A stretch of 64,000 nucleotides of DNA from an uncultured Chloroflexia bacterium (GTDB taxonomy: Bacteria; Chloroflexota; Limnocylindria; QHBO01): assembly GCA_963753125.1 (NCBI GenBank), contig CAVWAU010000004.1, positions 54,445 to 118,444 of the forward strand. Reading direction: 5' to 3'. The notes beneath the pieces were generated by a model. That model was not told the DNA's origin, ran no database searches, and worked only from the letters and a program-made list of their open reading frames with translations. Both the position numbers and the translations under genes were made by a program. This document shows, in pieces, positions 44,600 to 55,405 of this stretch (positions are counted from its first letter, which is position 1; the number at the start of each line of letters is the position of its first letter).

Positions 44600-47480
44600 A
44601 TGCCCGACCGCAGACCTCTCCTCATGCTCATCGACGGGCCGAGCCTGGTCTATCGTGGCTACTTCGCGCTCCCGCCGCTGACCCTCTCGGACGGCATGCT
44701 CGTGAACGCGGTCTTCGGCTTTCTCCAGATCGTGCTGCGCGGGATGCAGGACGTGAAGCCGGACTACGCGATGGTGTCGTTCGACGTCGGAAAGCCGAAA
44801 TTCCGCTTCGACGCGTACCCCGAGTACAAGAAGGGCCGGCCGAGCATGCCGGACGACCTGCGATCGCAGTTCCCGATCGTGCGCGAGATCGCCTCGATGA
44901 TGAACATCCCGATCCGCGAGCTTGAGGGTTACGAGGCCGATGACGTCATCGGCACCCTCACCAAGCAGGCCACCGCCGCGGGCGTCGACACGATGATCGT
45001 CTCCGGGGACCTCGACGGGCTGCAGCTGGTCGACGATCACGTGCGGCTGCTCACCACGCGGATGGGGGTGGCGGCGACGGTGATCTACGACGAGGCCCGC
45101 GTCATGGAGCGCTACGGCCTCCGTCCGGACCAGATGCTCGACTACAAGGCGCTCAAGGGCGACACCAGCGACAACATCCCCGGCGTGCCCGGAGTGGGGG
45201 AGAAGACCGCCTCTAGCCTCCTCCAGCAGTTCGGCACCCTCGACGGCATCTACGAGCACCTGGACGAGGTGAAGGGCAAGCTCCGCGAGCGCCTGGCGGA
45301 GCACCGCGAGTCGGCGTTCATGTCGCGCGAGGTGGGCCGGATCGTCATCGATCTGCCGGTGCAGCTGGACCTGGAGGAAGTCTCGCACCGGACGTTACGA
45401 CCGTCGGGCGGTCGCCCAGCGCTTCCGCGAGCTCGAGTTCCGCTCGCTCATCGACCGGCTGCCGGCCTCGAGCATCGCGCCGACCGGGTACGACTCGCCC
45501 GAGCAGGACACGAAGGGTGGGCTCCAGCTCAGCCTCGACCTGCTCGGTGGAAAGGCCCCGGCCGCGGGCGCGGACGCGACCCAGGCGCGGCCCGACCCGC
45601 TGACCGATCCTGCCGGGGCGATCGAGCACGTCGACCCACGGTTCGTCCGCACCGCCGACGAGATGGCCGAGCTGTCGGCGTGGCTCGAGGCGCACGGCGA
45701 CGCCATCGGTCTCGGTTGGGCGGTCGGCAGCGGCCGGCCGCTCGAGCGGCGGCTGTTCGGGATCGCGCTCGCCGGCGCCGACGCCAGCAGCTGGTACGTG
45801 CCGTGCGACCCGTCGAGCATCGCCATCGAGCGGCTGCCCGAGTGGTTCGCCCGCACCGAGCCGCGGCGGGTCGGCCACGACCTGAAGCAGCTGACGGTGA
45901 CGCTGGCGGCCGACCGAGGCATCGAGCTCCAGGGCCGCTTCTTCGACACGCTCGTCGCCGGCTACATGGTCAACCCGGCGCTGCGGTCGCAGACGATCGA
46001 CGACATGGCGGCCACGCGGTTCGGCGCGACGCTGCCCGACAAGGCGTTGAGCTCCGACACGGGCGCCGAGGAAGGCGCGATGGCGCGCCGCGCGGCAGCC
46101 GAGGCGCTGACATCGGTCTTCATGGTTCCGGCGCTCGAGCAGGAGATGGCCGAGGGTGGGCTGGCCGGCCTGTTCGACGAGGTGGAGATGCCGCTCCTGC
46201 CCGTGCTGGCGCGGATGGAGCTGGCGGGCATCAAGATCGACCTCGAGGCGCTCAAACAGATGCGCGAGGAGTTCGCCACCACGCTTGCCGGGCTCGAGGC
46301 GCGGATCTACGAGCTGGTCGGGCACGAATTCAACATCGGCTCACCACGGCAGCTCGAGACGGTCCTCTTCGACGAGCTCGGGCTGCCGTCGACGAAGCGC
46401 ACGCGGACGAGCCGCTCGACGGACGCATCCGTGCTGGAGGAGCTGCGCGAGCAGCACGAGGTCATCGACCTGATCCTCGAGCACCGGCAGGTGTCCAAGC
46501 TGAAGTCGACCTACGTCGACGCGCTGCCGACGCTGGTGGACGCCGAAGCGCGGCTTCACACGACCTACCAGCAGGCGGTCGCCGCCACGGGACGCCTCTC
46601 GAGCACCGATCCCAACCTCCAGAACATCCCGATCCGAACCGCGCTCGGTCGCCGCATCCGGCGCGCTTTCGTCGCGCCTCCGGGACGGCTGCTGCTGGGC
46701 GCCGACTACTCGCAGCAGGAGCTGCGGATCCTCGCCCACGTCTCCGGCGACGAGGGGCTGCGCGCGGACTTCGCCGCGCACTCCGACATCCATCTCGCGG
46801 CCGCCGCCCGCGTGCTCCACCTGGCCGCCGACCAGGTCGGGCCGAAGGAGCGCAGCGTCGCCAAGATGATCAACTACGGGATCGCGTACGGGCTCTCCGA
46901 CTTCGGCCTGGCGGATCGGCTGCGCATTCCGCGCGAGGAGGCTCGCGGCTACATCGAGGATTACTACGCCGCGTACCCGGGGATCCGGCGCTACACGACC
47001 GAGATGAAGATCCTCGCGCGAGACCAGGGCTTCGTGACGACCTTGCTGGGGCGCCGGCGCTACCTGCCGGAGCTGACTGCGCGGAACGGGGCGCTTCGCT
47101 CCGCGGGCGAGCGGATGGCCATCAACATGCCGATCCAGGGCACCGCCGCGGACGGGATGAAGATCGCGATGGTCCGGCTGGACGAGGCGCTCCGCTCACG
47201 GGGACTCCGCTCGCAGATGCTCCTCCAGGTCCACGACGAGCTCGTCTTCGAGACCGATGAGGACGAGCTGCCCGCCCTCGCCAACCTCGCGGTCGAGATC
47301 ATGGAGGGCGCCCTTCCCTTGGACGTGCCGCTGGAGGTGGATCTCAAGGTCGGGACCAACTGGGAGCAGATGGACCGATACCTCCGCGCCGATGGCGCGT
47401 GGCGGCGTGTGCCGAAGTCCGCCGGCGACGTGGCTCGGGAAGAGGCCGAGGAGGAGGTCGCGGCCGCGCTGGCCTCCTAG
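44600..47480 (+). CDS. polA: DNA polymerase I (PolA), with an apparent 1-bp insertion near 45390
   Basis: 5' nuclease domain (44600-~45390); then a +1 frame carries the 3'-5' exo-like and polymerase domains (...RRAVAQRFRELEFRSL...QVHDELVFE...). Junction context: GAGGAAGTCTCGCACCGGACGTTAC. Confidence 0.9.
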
Positions 47481-50400
47481 GAGCGCTGCTCCGCCGGCTG
47501 TGCGGCCATGGTCTGCGCAGCGGGAGCCGGTTGAGGCCGCTGCTCGAGCGCCTCGAGCCGTCGCTGGAACGGCTCGGCCTGGAGCTCCAGCAGGATCATC
47601 CTGGCCTCGTCCGCGGCAGCGGTCGCACCGTTGCCCGCGCTGCCGAGCGTCGCCAGCAGATCAAGATGACAGAGGGCGAGGTCGAACCGCAGGCCGAGCT
47701 CACGCCACTGGCGTGCGGCATCGCGGAATGCCGCGCCGGCCTCGCCGGCCCTCCCATCGAGAGCCGCCACGACCGCCCGCATCGTTCGGCGGCTCGCCTC
47801 GACTGCCGGCCCGTGAACGCCGGACTCCTCGAGAATCGAATGCGCGCGACGCGCCCCGTCCAGGTCGCCCCGCCAGGCGGCCGCATGGGACGCGAGCGAA
47901 GTCCCTTGGCCGACCACGTTCACGCTTGCCTCCGCCGCGGCGATCCCCTTGGCGAATGCCTCACCGTCGCGCCCGGCGACGAGGTCCTGCATACCCTGGG
48001 TAAGGGCGAGCACCCCGCTCTGCGATGGGTCCGAGAGCGAGCGACCAAGCTCGGCGAGCTCTGCGATCGTGGACGAGACGTCCACGCCGCGGCACGCGCG
48101 GATGATCGGCGTATCGGTGAGGCTCAGCAGGTCCGCCGGCTCGAGATCGAGCGCCCGTAGCTCGGCCTCGCGCTCGAGCGCCCAGTCCCAGTCGCCGGTA
48201 CGCGTGGCACAGGCGATCGCGTTGTTGGTGAGCAGGACGAACCACGGGCGATCGCCGAGCCGTCGCGCGATGTCGATCCCGGCCCGCGCAACCTCGAGGC
48301 CACGCCGGGGATCGGTGATCCACATCGAGTTGCTGAGGTTCAGGCGCGCCCGCATCTGGCTGGCCGGCAGGTCGTTCTCATCGGCGAAGCTGAGGGCGCC
48401 GGCGAGCAATGCCTCCGCCTCCCGCATTCGGCCGAGGCTGCCCAGAGACGTGGCCTTCGTGATCATGCCCTCGGCGATGATCGGCACGACGTCAAGCCGC
48501 TCCGCGCCCGCGAGGGCGCGATCCGCCCATTCGACCGCGAGCGCGTTCTCCTCGGCCCGCATGTAGACCTGCGCCAGCCGGGCCTGGAGCGCGACGACCG
48601 CCGGGTCGGAGTCGACGTCTCCCAGGATCTCGAGCGCCTCCCGGGTCTCGGCCAGGCCCTGGTCGACCCGTCCACTCATCAACAGGAGTTCGCCGATCCT
48701 CGCCGAAGCCCGTGCGGCCGCCGCAGGGTCGCCGATGCCACGTGCGAGCTCGACCGCCTCGCGCAGGTGCGTCTGGCTCGCCTCGTAGCGCCCGGCTGCC
48801 TGCGCCGCAGCTCCGGCCCGGTCGAGCAACTCCACTCGATCCGAGGCCTCCGGCGACACTTCGAGCGCCTGGACCAGGAATGCGAGCGCCTGCTCGTGCG
48901 AGTGGAGCGTGGCGGCGCGATCGGCAGCGGCTCGCAGCGCGATGCGTGCCTGGGTCGCGACGGCGGCGCCCCCCTCCCCTTCCGGGTTCGCCCGATACGC
49001 GTCGAGATAGTGCGTCGCCAGGACGCCGGCGATCTCGTCGTCGCCGAGGCTCTCGAAGTAGCGCGCGGCGGCCAGGTGGCGGGTTCGGCGGTCGCGGCGG
49101 GAGAGCGTCCCGTACGCGACTTCGCGGATGAGCCGATGGACGAAGCTGTACTGCCCGCGCTCCGGGGAGCGTGGGTCGACGTTGAGCTCGAGAAACTCCC
49201 GTCGGACCAGATCGCGCAGCCGCGGCTCGAGCGCCTCAGCATCCTGGCCCGACACGGCGGCGGCGCCGGTCAGCGTGAAGCTGAGGCCGAGTACCGCCGC
49301 CTCCTGGACAACTGCTCGGTCGCCCGGTTCGAGGCTGTCCAGCCGGGCGGCGATGAGCGCCTGGAGAGAGTCGGGAATGTCCAGGTGCGACAGGTCGCCG
49401 ACGGGGCGGTACGACCCTTCCTCCGCCGCCAGGCGGCCGTCGTGGAGCAGCATCCGGACGGTCTCGACCGCATACAGCGGCACGCCGTCGGCACGCTCGA
49501 GTATGAGGCGCACGGCGGCGTCGGGCAGGCCTGGGACGAGACCGTCCAGTCCCTCCGACATGACCTCGTCGCTGAGCGGCTCGAGCGAGAGCGAGACCGA
49601 GTTCCGCTGTCCGGCTCCCCAGTCCGGACGGCGTTCGAGCAGGTCGGGCCGCGCCAGCGTCACGATCAGGATCGGGTGGGAGCGGCTCCACTCGAGCATG
49701 TGGTCGATGAAGTCGAGAAGCCCCGGATCGGCCCACTGGAGGTCCTCGAAGAGGAGGATGGTCACGCCCAGGTCCGCGACGCGCTCGAAGAAGGTGCGCC
49801 ACGCCGCGAACAGCTCCTCGCGCTCGCCGGCGCGCCCCTCTTCGAGCCCGAGCAGCTGGAGGAGCCGCGGCTCGATCCAGCGCCGCTCCTCCGGGTCGGG
49901 GACGTACTCGGCAACGGTCGCCGCGATCCGCTCGCGCGTGGTCGCGGCGTCGTCCGATTCGGCGAGGCCGGCGCGCTTGCGGACCATCTCGCCGAGGGCC
50001 CAGAACGTGATGCCCTCGCCATAGGCCGGGGACCGTCCCTGGTGCCAGTAGATGTCCTCGACGACGCCGTCGATGTACTTGTGGAACTCCCAGCCCAGGC
50101 GCGTCTTGCCGATCCCGGCCACCCCGACGAACGACACGAGCCGCGCCCGCCGCTCGCGCGTGGTCGCGTGCAGCAGCTCCTTGAGGATGCGCATCTCGGC
50201 TTCGCGTCCGACGAATGGCGGCTCGAGGGCTTCGCTGCGATTCGCGCCCCCGCGCATGGCGACGACGCGATCCGCGCGCCAGGCGCTGACCGGCAGCTCC
50301 TTGCCCTTCAGGACCTTCTCGCCGGCAGGCTCGAAGGTGATCGCCACCGATGCGGCGCGCATCGTCGCGTCGTCCACCAGGAGGGAGCCAGGCGGGGCCG

Positions 50401-51012
50401 CGGACTGGAGTCGCGAGGCGGTGTTGACCATGTCGCCGGCGACCATGCCCTGGCCCGTCGCTCCGATCGTGACCGCGGCCTCGCCGGTGGTAACGCCGGC
50501 TCGCAGCTGGAGGTCCGACGAGTCGACCTGCGTCCCGAGCTGACGGACGGCGAGGATCAGCTCCAGCCCGGCGCGAACGGCGCGCTCGGCATCGTCCTCG
50601 TGCGCCGTCGGCGTGCCGAAGGCCGCCATGACGGCGTCACCGATGAACTTCTCGACGACGCCGCCATAGCGCTCGATGATCTCGCGGGCGACGTCGAAGT
50701 ATCGGGTCAGGAGCTCGCGGACATCCTCGGCGTCCCGGGTCTCGGACAGGGTCGTGAAGCCCACCAGGTCGGCGAACAGGACCGATACCAGCCGCCGCTC
50801 GGAAACCGGCGTCGGGGGCTCGGCGTGCGCGTCGGTGCTCAGGCGGGTGATGCCGATGCCTCCGCCAGCGTCGCGCCGCACTCGCCGCAGAACAGGTCAC
50901 CGACGACAGCGGGGGTGCCGCAGGCCGCGCACGCCAGTCCCAGGCGGGCGCCGCAGTGAGAGCAGAACTTTCGGTTGGCAGCGTTGGCCGATCCGCAGCT
51001 CGGGCAGGACAT
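47477..51012 (-). CDS. double zinc-ribbon / adenylate-guanylate cyclase / AAA(STAND) ATPase / TPR multidomain protein, with an apparent frameshift near 50860
   Basis: N-terminus MSCPSCGSANAANRKFCSHCGARLGLACAACGTPAVVGDLFCGECG (ATG at 51012). After the shift comes the class III cyclase domain (RRLVSVLFADLVGFT...FIGDAVMAAFG), then P-loop VGVAGIGKTRL and a TPR-rich C-terminus. The 3' end overlaps polA by 4 bp (CTAG). Confidence 0.8.
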
Positions 51013-51085
51013 CGATGGATGGGCTCGGGGTGTGGTGTGGCGCGCAATGTACCCGATCGTCGCGGATCGGACACACTCTCTGGCG

Positions 51086-51982
51086 ATGCCGGAGCTGCCA
51101 GAGGTCGAGACCGTCGCCCGCGACCTCCATCGCGCCGTCGCCGGCGCGACCATCCGCGACGCGACCGTTCACTGGGACCGCACGATCCGCCATCCACAGC
51201 CGCCGGAGCGCTTCGTCGCCGAGATCGCCGGTGCCACGATCCGGAGGGTGAGCCGCCGCGCGAAGACGGTCCTGCTCCACATGGAGGACGGGCGCGTGAT
51301 GACGGTCGCGCTCCGCATGACCGGCGCGCTGCTCGTGGTGGCAGAGGGGATGCCGCCCGACCCGTACGTGCGCGTTACGTTCTCACTGACCGACGGCCGC
51401 GAGCTGCGCTACCGCGACGTCCGCAAGTTCGGGCGCATCGGGCTGTGGCCCGGCGGTGGGCTCAGAAGCGTCGGCGCCGGGCGCGGCACGCGGTCGAAGC
51501 GGGTCGCCGAGGGAGGCCGACGCTACCGGGTGGGCGAGGTCTTCAGCGGCCACGGTCCCGAGCCGCTGAGCAGCGGTTTCACTGTCGAGCGCCTCGAGCA
51601 GCGCCTCGCGCGGCGGATCGCGAAGCTGAAGACCCTCCTCCTCGACCAGTCCTTCATCGCCGGCGTCGGGAACATCTACGCGGACGAGGCGTTGTGGCGG
51701 GCGCGCCTCCACCCGCTGCGAGCGGCGGACACGCTCGACGATCAGGAGGTGCGGCGGCTGCATCGGTCCATCAGGAAGGTCCTGCGGCAGGGGATCGCGA
51801 ACCGCGGCAGCAGCTTCAACGACTACGTCAGCACCGACGGGCAGCCTGGCGACAACGCCGAGCGGCTGATGGTCTACCGGCGCACCGATCAGCCCTGCTA
51901 CCGATGCGGGCGGCCGATCAGCCGGGTCGTCGTCGCCCAGCGCAGCACCCACTTCTGCCCGCGCTGCCAGCCGGAGCGGTAG
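51086..51982 (+). CDS. mutM: formamidopyrimidine-DNA glycosylase (Fpg/MutM)
   Basis: MPELPEVETVARDL is the catalytic N-terminus. ...LLDQSFIAGVGNIYADEAL... is the H2TH, and the C-terminal zinc finger is CYRCGRPI...FCPRCQ. Confidence 0.9.
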   Translation: MPELPEVETVARDLHRAVAGATIRDATVHWDRTIRHPQPPERFVAEIAGATIRRVSRRAKTVLLHMEDGRVMTVALRMTGALLVVAEGMPPDPYVRVTFSLTDGRELRYRDVRKFGRIGLWPGGGLRSVGAGRGTRSKRVAEGGRRYRVGEVFSGHGPEPLSSGFTVERLEQRLARRIAKLKTLLLDQSFIAGVGNIYADEALWRARLHPLRAADTLDDQEVRRLHRSIRKVLRQGIANRGSSFNDYVSTDGQPGDNAERLMVYRRTDQPCYRCGRPISRVVVAQRSTHFCPRCQPER

Positions 51983-51995
51983 CATCGGCCGGGCG

Positions 51996-52568
51996 ATGAA
52001 GGTGATCGGTCTCACCGGCAACATCGGCTGCGGCAAGAGCACCGTCGCCGGGATGCTGCGCGAGCACGGCGTGGCGACCGTCGACGCCGACGCCGTCGCG
52101 CGGGAGATCCGTCAGAACGACGCGGACGCGCGGTCGGAGATCCAGGCCCGCTTCGGCACCTACGACGCGGCCGAGCTGGCCGAGGTCGTCTTCAATGATC
52201 GCGAGGCGCTTCGCGACCTCGAGCGAATCCTCCATCCGCGGGTGCGCGGCGCGATCCGGGCGCGCCTTGCCGAGCTGGCCCAGGGCGGCGTGGAGGCGGT
52301 CGCCGTGGAGGTGGTCAAGCTGCTCGAGTCGCCGCTGGCGGACGGCTGCGACCAGATCTGGGTCGTCCGTTGCGACGAGGCCGATGCGATCGCGCGCCTG
52401 GCCGCCTCGCGCGGCATGGACGAGCGGACCGCCCGGGGGCGCCTCGCCAGCCAGTCGCCGCAGGAGCAGATGCTCGCCGCGGCGGACGTCGTGATCGACG
52501 GCTCGCTGTCGCTGGACGAGACGCGGCGCCAGGTCGAGCGCTCCCTGGCGACGCTGCTCGCTTCCTAG
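51996..52568 (+). CDS. coaE: dephospho-CoA kinase
   Basis: MKVIGLTGNIGCGKSTV is the P-loop. 190 aa. Confidence 0.9.
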   Translation: MKVIGLTGNIGCGKSTVAGMLREHGVATVDADAVAREIRQNDADARSEIQARFGTYDAAELAEVVFNDREALRDLERILHPRVRGAIRARLAELAQGGVEAVAVEVVKLLESPLADGCDQIWVVRCDEADAIARLAASRGMDERTARGRLASQSPQEQMLAAADVVIDGSLSLDETRRQVERSLATLLAS

Positions 52569-53395
52569 TTGCCCGCCTCAGCTGCCTGCGTTGGAGCGAC
52601 CTCGAGCGGACGCGGCACGGGGAAGCCGAACTCCTCGACGAGGCGGTCGACGGTCGAGCCCTCCGTATCGGCGGTCCGATCGTCCTCGGCCGGTCGCAGG
52701 GCCATCGTGAAGGTGCCGCCCACGGCGAGCAGCTCGGCGATCTTCTCGGCAGTCTCGAGGTCGGAGCGCACGATATACACCGTGCCGGTCCGAGCGAGGA
52801 CCATCAGCGACTGCAGCGTCACCTTGGTCGAAGGGCCGGGAATGACGGTTGTGGCCTGCTGCTCTGCCCCCTCCTCGGTCTGGCCGACTTCCGGGTTCAG
52901 CGGCATGGTGACGATGAGATCGACCACCTGGCCCGGCACGAGCGTGCCGCCGACGGCGTTCGCGTCGGCCACCGTGAGGCTGACCGCGCGCCAGTCAGGC
53001 CCGTTCGGGTCATATTCGGATCCCATGTCGAGGATCGAGAACGCCTGACCCTCGGTGGTGGATGCCAGCACGTTGCGTGTCAGGAGCTGGCCAGTCGAGA
53101 CCGGAATGCCGACGACCCTCCCGAGCACTTCGTCGAGGCTGGTGAAGGCGGTCTCGTTCGTCGCGTCGGCGGCGACGTCGCGGACCATCACGTCCGCCTC
53201 CTCGATCGCCTTGCGCGCCGGGATGTCCTGGACCGCGACGACGACCGATCGCATCTCGACGTCGGAGTCGCCGGTCAGGTTGCTCGCCTGGAGGGCCACG
53301 AAGACCGTAGCCGCCACCACGAGGGCGACGATGACGCCGACCGCGATGTACACCTTCGATCGGCGGCTGTTTCTGTCCGAGTATTCGAGTTCCAC
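52565..53395 (-). CDS. cpaB: Flp pilus assembly protein CpaB/RcpC
   Basis: N-terminal TM helix followed by SAF-like domains. It is adjacent to the TadE/TadG-like genes. Confidence 0.7.
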   Translation of the reverse strand: MELEYSDRNSRRSKVYIAVGVIVALVVAATVFVALQASNLTGDSDVEMRSVVVAVQDIPARKAIEEADVMVRDVAADATNETAFTSLDEVLGRVVGIPVSTGQLLTRNVLASTTEGQAFSILDMGSEYDPNGPDWRAVSLTVADANAVGGTLVPGQVVDLIVTMPLNPEVGQTEEGAEQQATTVIPGPSTKVTLQSLMVLARTGTVYIVRSDLETAEKIAELLAVGGTFTMALRPAEDDRTADTEGSTVDRLVEEFGFPVPRPLEVAPTQAAEAGN

Positions 53396-53428
53396 GTGCT
53401 GTGCGCTCCTAGCAGGCTGCGGGGTGGG

Positions 53429-55405
53429 TCATGACCACGGGACCAGACGGGCACGCTGGGCGCGCCGGAGGCTCGGGTCGTTGGGATCGGCGGCGATGCC
53501 GGTGACGGCATGACCGATGATGTCGTTCGAGCCGACCGCATCGATATGGAAGACGGCGAAGCCGATGACGTCGACGTACTGCCCGCTGCTCGACGTGGTG
53601 GCAACGGTGAATCGGACGGTCTCGAGGTGCGTGACGGGCTGGCCGTTGCTGTTCGTGCCGTTGGCACGAAGCGTGAACAGGTAGCAGCCCTGTGCCAGGC
53701 CCGAGGTGTTGATCGTGAGCGTCATCGCCGTACCCGTGCCCGTGCTGGGCGCCACGGAGGTTGCGCCGAAGCTGATCGACCCCAATCCGAGCGCGCGTGG
53801 CTGGAGGCTGCAGCTCGTCAGCGAGTCGCTGTCCCAGCCCAGCGTGACGCCGGTCTCCGCAGCCGGCCCGCTACCCCAGTTGCTCGATCCGTTGCCGGTC
53901 GAGACTCGCAACGGCAGGCTGATGGTGCCGCCGAGGGTGGCCGTTGACCCGTCGAGCACCGAATTGTCGAGGCTGAAGTCGCGCGTCACCTTCACGTCGC
54001 CGGCGTCGTTGTAGTCGCCGTCGTTGTTGCCATCGGTCTGAACGCGCACCGGCACAGGGACCCGCCGGCGCTGGTAGTACGGGTTGCCCGACTCTCCCTC
54101 GAGCCAGGCGGTGTAGATGCCGGGCGGGATGGCGCTCGTCTGAATGTCGTTGAGGCGCACCGTGGTGCCGCTCTTGGCCGGCTCGAAGACGTTCTGCGAC
54201 CAGATCGGCTCGGTCATGTCCCCGCCGGCGGGCGGCGTGACGGACGGGTTCGGCAAGATGTCGTGCTCGGGGTGCCCCGCCGCCGCCGCCCCGTCGTCGC
54301 CGCGCAGCGACAGGGTCACGGTGCTGTGGAAGTCGTCGTTGCGGGAGATCGTGGTGGTGGGCCCGTCAAACGGCGTCACCGTGGTGCCCGGGACCGAGAT
54401 CTCGACCGGCGGACTGATCGTGAAGTCGGGGATCTCCATGACTGTGCCGTCGTATACGGCGAGCAGGACTCGGTCACCGACACGGAACGTGTCATCGAAC
54501 TGCTGCACGACAAACGACGTGCTGTTCCCGGAGAGGACCGCGACCTGAGTGTCTCCCGATGGAGGCGTCGACACCGGGGGGAATGCCGGTCCGGGGTATC
54601 CGGTGACGAGGTACGCGCCCTGCTCATCCTTCAGGGTGTTGTCGCTCATCCCCGCCGTGACCCCGTTGTAGTACACGCGGGTGTCGGTGCCCTCGAAGTT
54701 CCGAACGTCGAGCGCGATGAAGCCGCGGAAGCTCGAGTCGTTGTGGGCCTTGCTGTTCGGCCCGTAAATGGCGAACTGCGGCCCGGGCGCGGCCTCGCTC
54801 GCGGGTATCCGCGGTCCGTAACCGCGCGGATTCGTCGGGTCCACCGCCCCTGAGGTGCTCGTGGCCGCAGAGGCGAGATGATCGGTGAAGCCGTTGCCGG
54901 GCCCGGGCGGGCTCTCGTAGCGCCGCGCGACGATCGGGAGTGCCGGCCGGCCCTGGAGGTCGCACCGTGCGCGGGCGCCGGTATCGAGGCTCGGGATGCC
55001 GACCAGCTGGGCCAGCATCGTGTCGACACTCGACGCGACCGCCACTCGGACCCTGGTCCCGGCGACGACGATCCCGCTGACAAGCTCGTCGGCGTCGATC
55101 CCGCCGCTGCCGTCGAGGTCTGCGTAGCTCGGCGGGCTGGCGATCGACGTCGAGGCGCCCGCCGGCGAGCCCTCGAGGTTTGTCAGCGTGATCTGCTGAG
55201 CGGTCGCGGCAGCGACCGCATCGGTCTCGCCGGCGATGATCGCGCGGCAGGCTGCCAGGGCCCCCGCATCGGCTGCGGCCTGGGCGTGCCGGCGCTCGGC
55301 CACGACGCGGCCGACGTCGATCGTGATGCCGGCGAAGGCGAGCAGTACGACGACCAGGACGGTGAAGACGACGAGCACCTGCCCGCGGGGCGCCGAGCGC
55401 TCCAT
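53429..55405 (-). CDS. TadG-like (TadE/TadG family) large pilus-assembly / pseudopilin-like protein
   Basis: 658 aa. N-terminal TadE-like segment VLVVFTVLVVVLLAFAGITIDVGRV followed by a large Gly/Thr/Ser-rich extracellular region. Confidence 0.65.
   Translation of the reverse strand: MERSAPRGQVLVVFTVLVVVLLAFAGITIDVGRVVAERRHAQAAADAGALAACRAIIAGETDAVAAATAQQITLTNLEGSPAGASTSIASPPSYADLDGSGGIDADELVSGIVVAGTRVRVAVASSVDTMLAQLVGIPSLDTGARARCDLQGRPALPIVARRYESPPGPGNGFTDHLASAATSTSGAVDPTNPRGYGPRIPASEAAPGPQFAIYGPNSKAHNDSSFRGFIALDVRNFEGTDTRVYYNGVTAGMSDNTLKDEQGAYLVTGYPGPAFPPVSTPPSGDTQVAVLSGNSTSFVVQQFDDTFRVGDRVLLAVYDGTVMEIPDFTISPPVEISVPGTTVTPFDGPTTTISRNDDFHSTVTLSLRGDDGAAAAGHPEHDILPNPSVTPPAGGDMTEPIWSQNVFEPAKSGTTVRLNDIQTSAIPPGIYTAWLEGESGNPYYQRRRVPVPVRVQTDGNNDGDYNDAGDVKVTRDFSLDNSVLDGSTATLGGTISLPLRVSTGNGSSNWGSGPAAETGVTLGWDSDSLTSCSLQPRALGLGSISFGATSVAPSTGTGTAMTLTINTSGLAQGCYLFTLRANGTNSNGQPVTHLETVRFTVATTSSSGQYVDVIGFAVFHIDAVGSNDIIGHAVTGIAADPNDPSLRRAQRARLVPWS

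Noticed and set aside
45380-45400. A programmed ribosomal frameshift or a genuinely split polA.
   Set aside because: There is no slippery heptamer or stimulatory structure, and the N-terminal frame continues as junk for hundreds of codons. The same kind of single-base shift recurs in unrelated genes, so a consensus indel is more parsimonious.
51420-51530. The Fpg Gly/Arg-rich segment as a pair of compensating frameshifts.
   Set aside because: I translated both alternative frames across the segment and neither produces Fpg-like sequence. I keep it only as a low-interest note.
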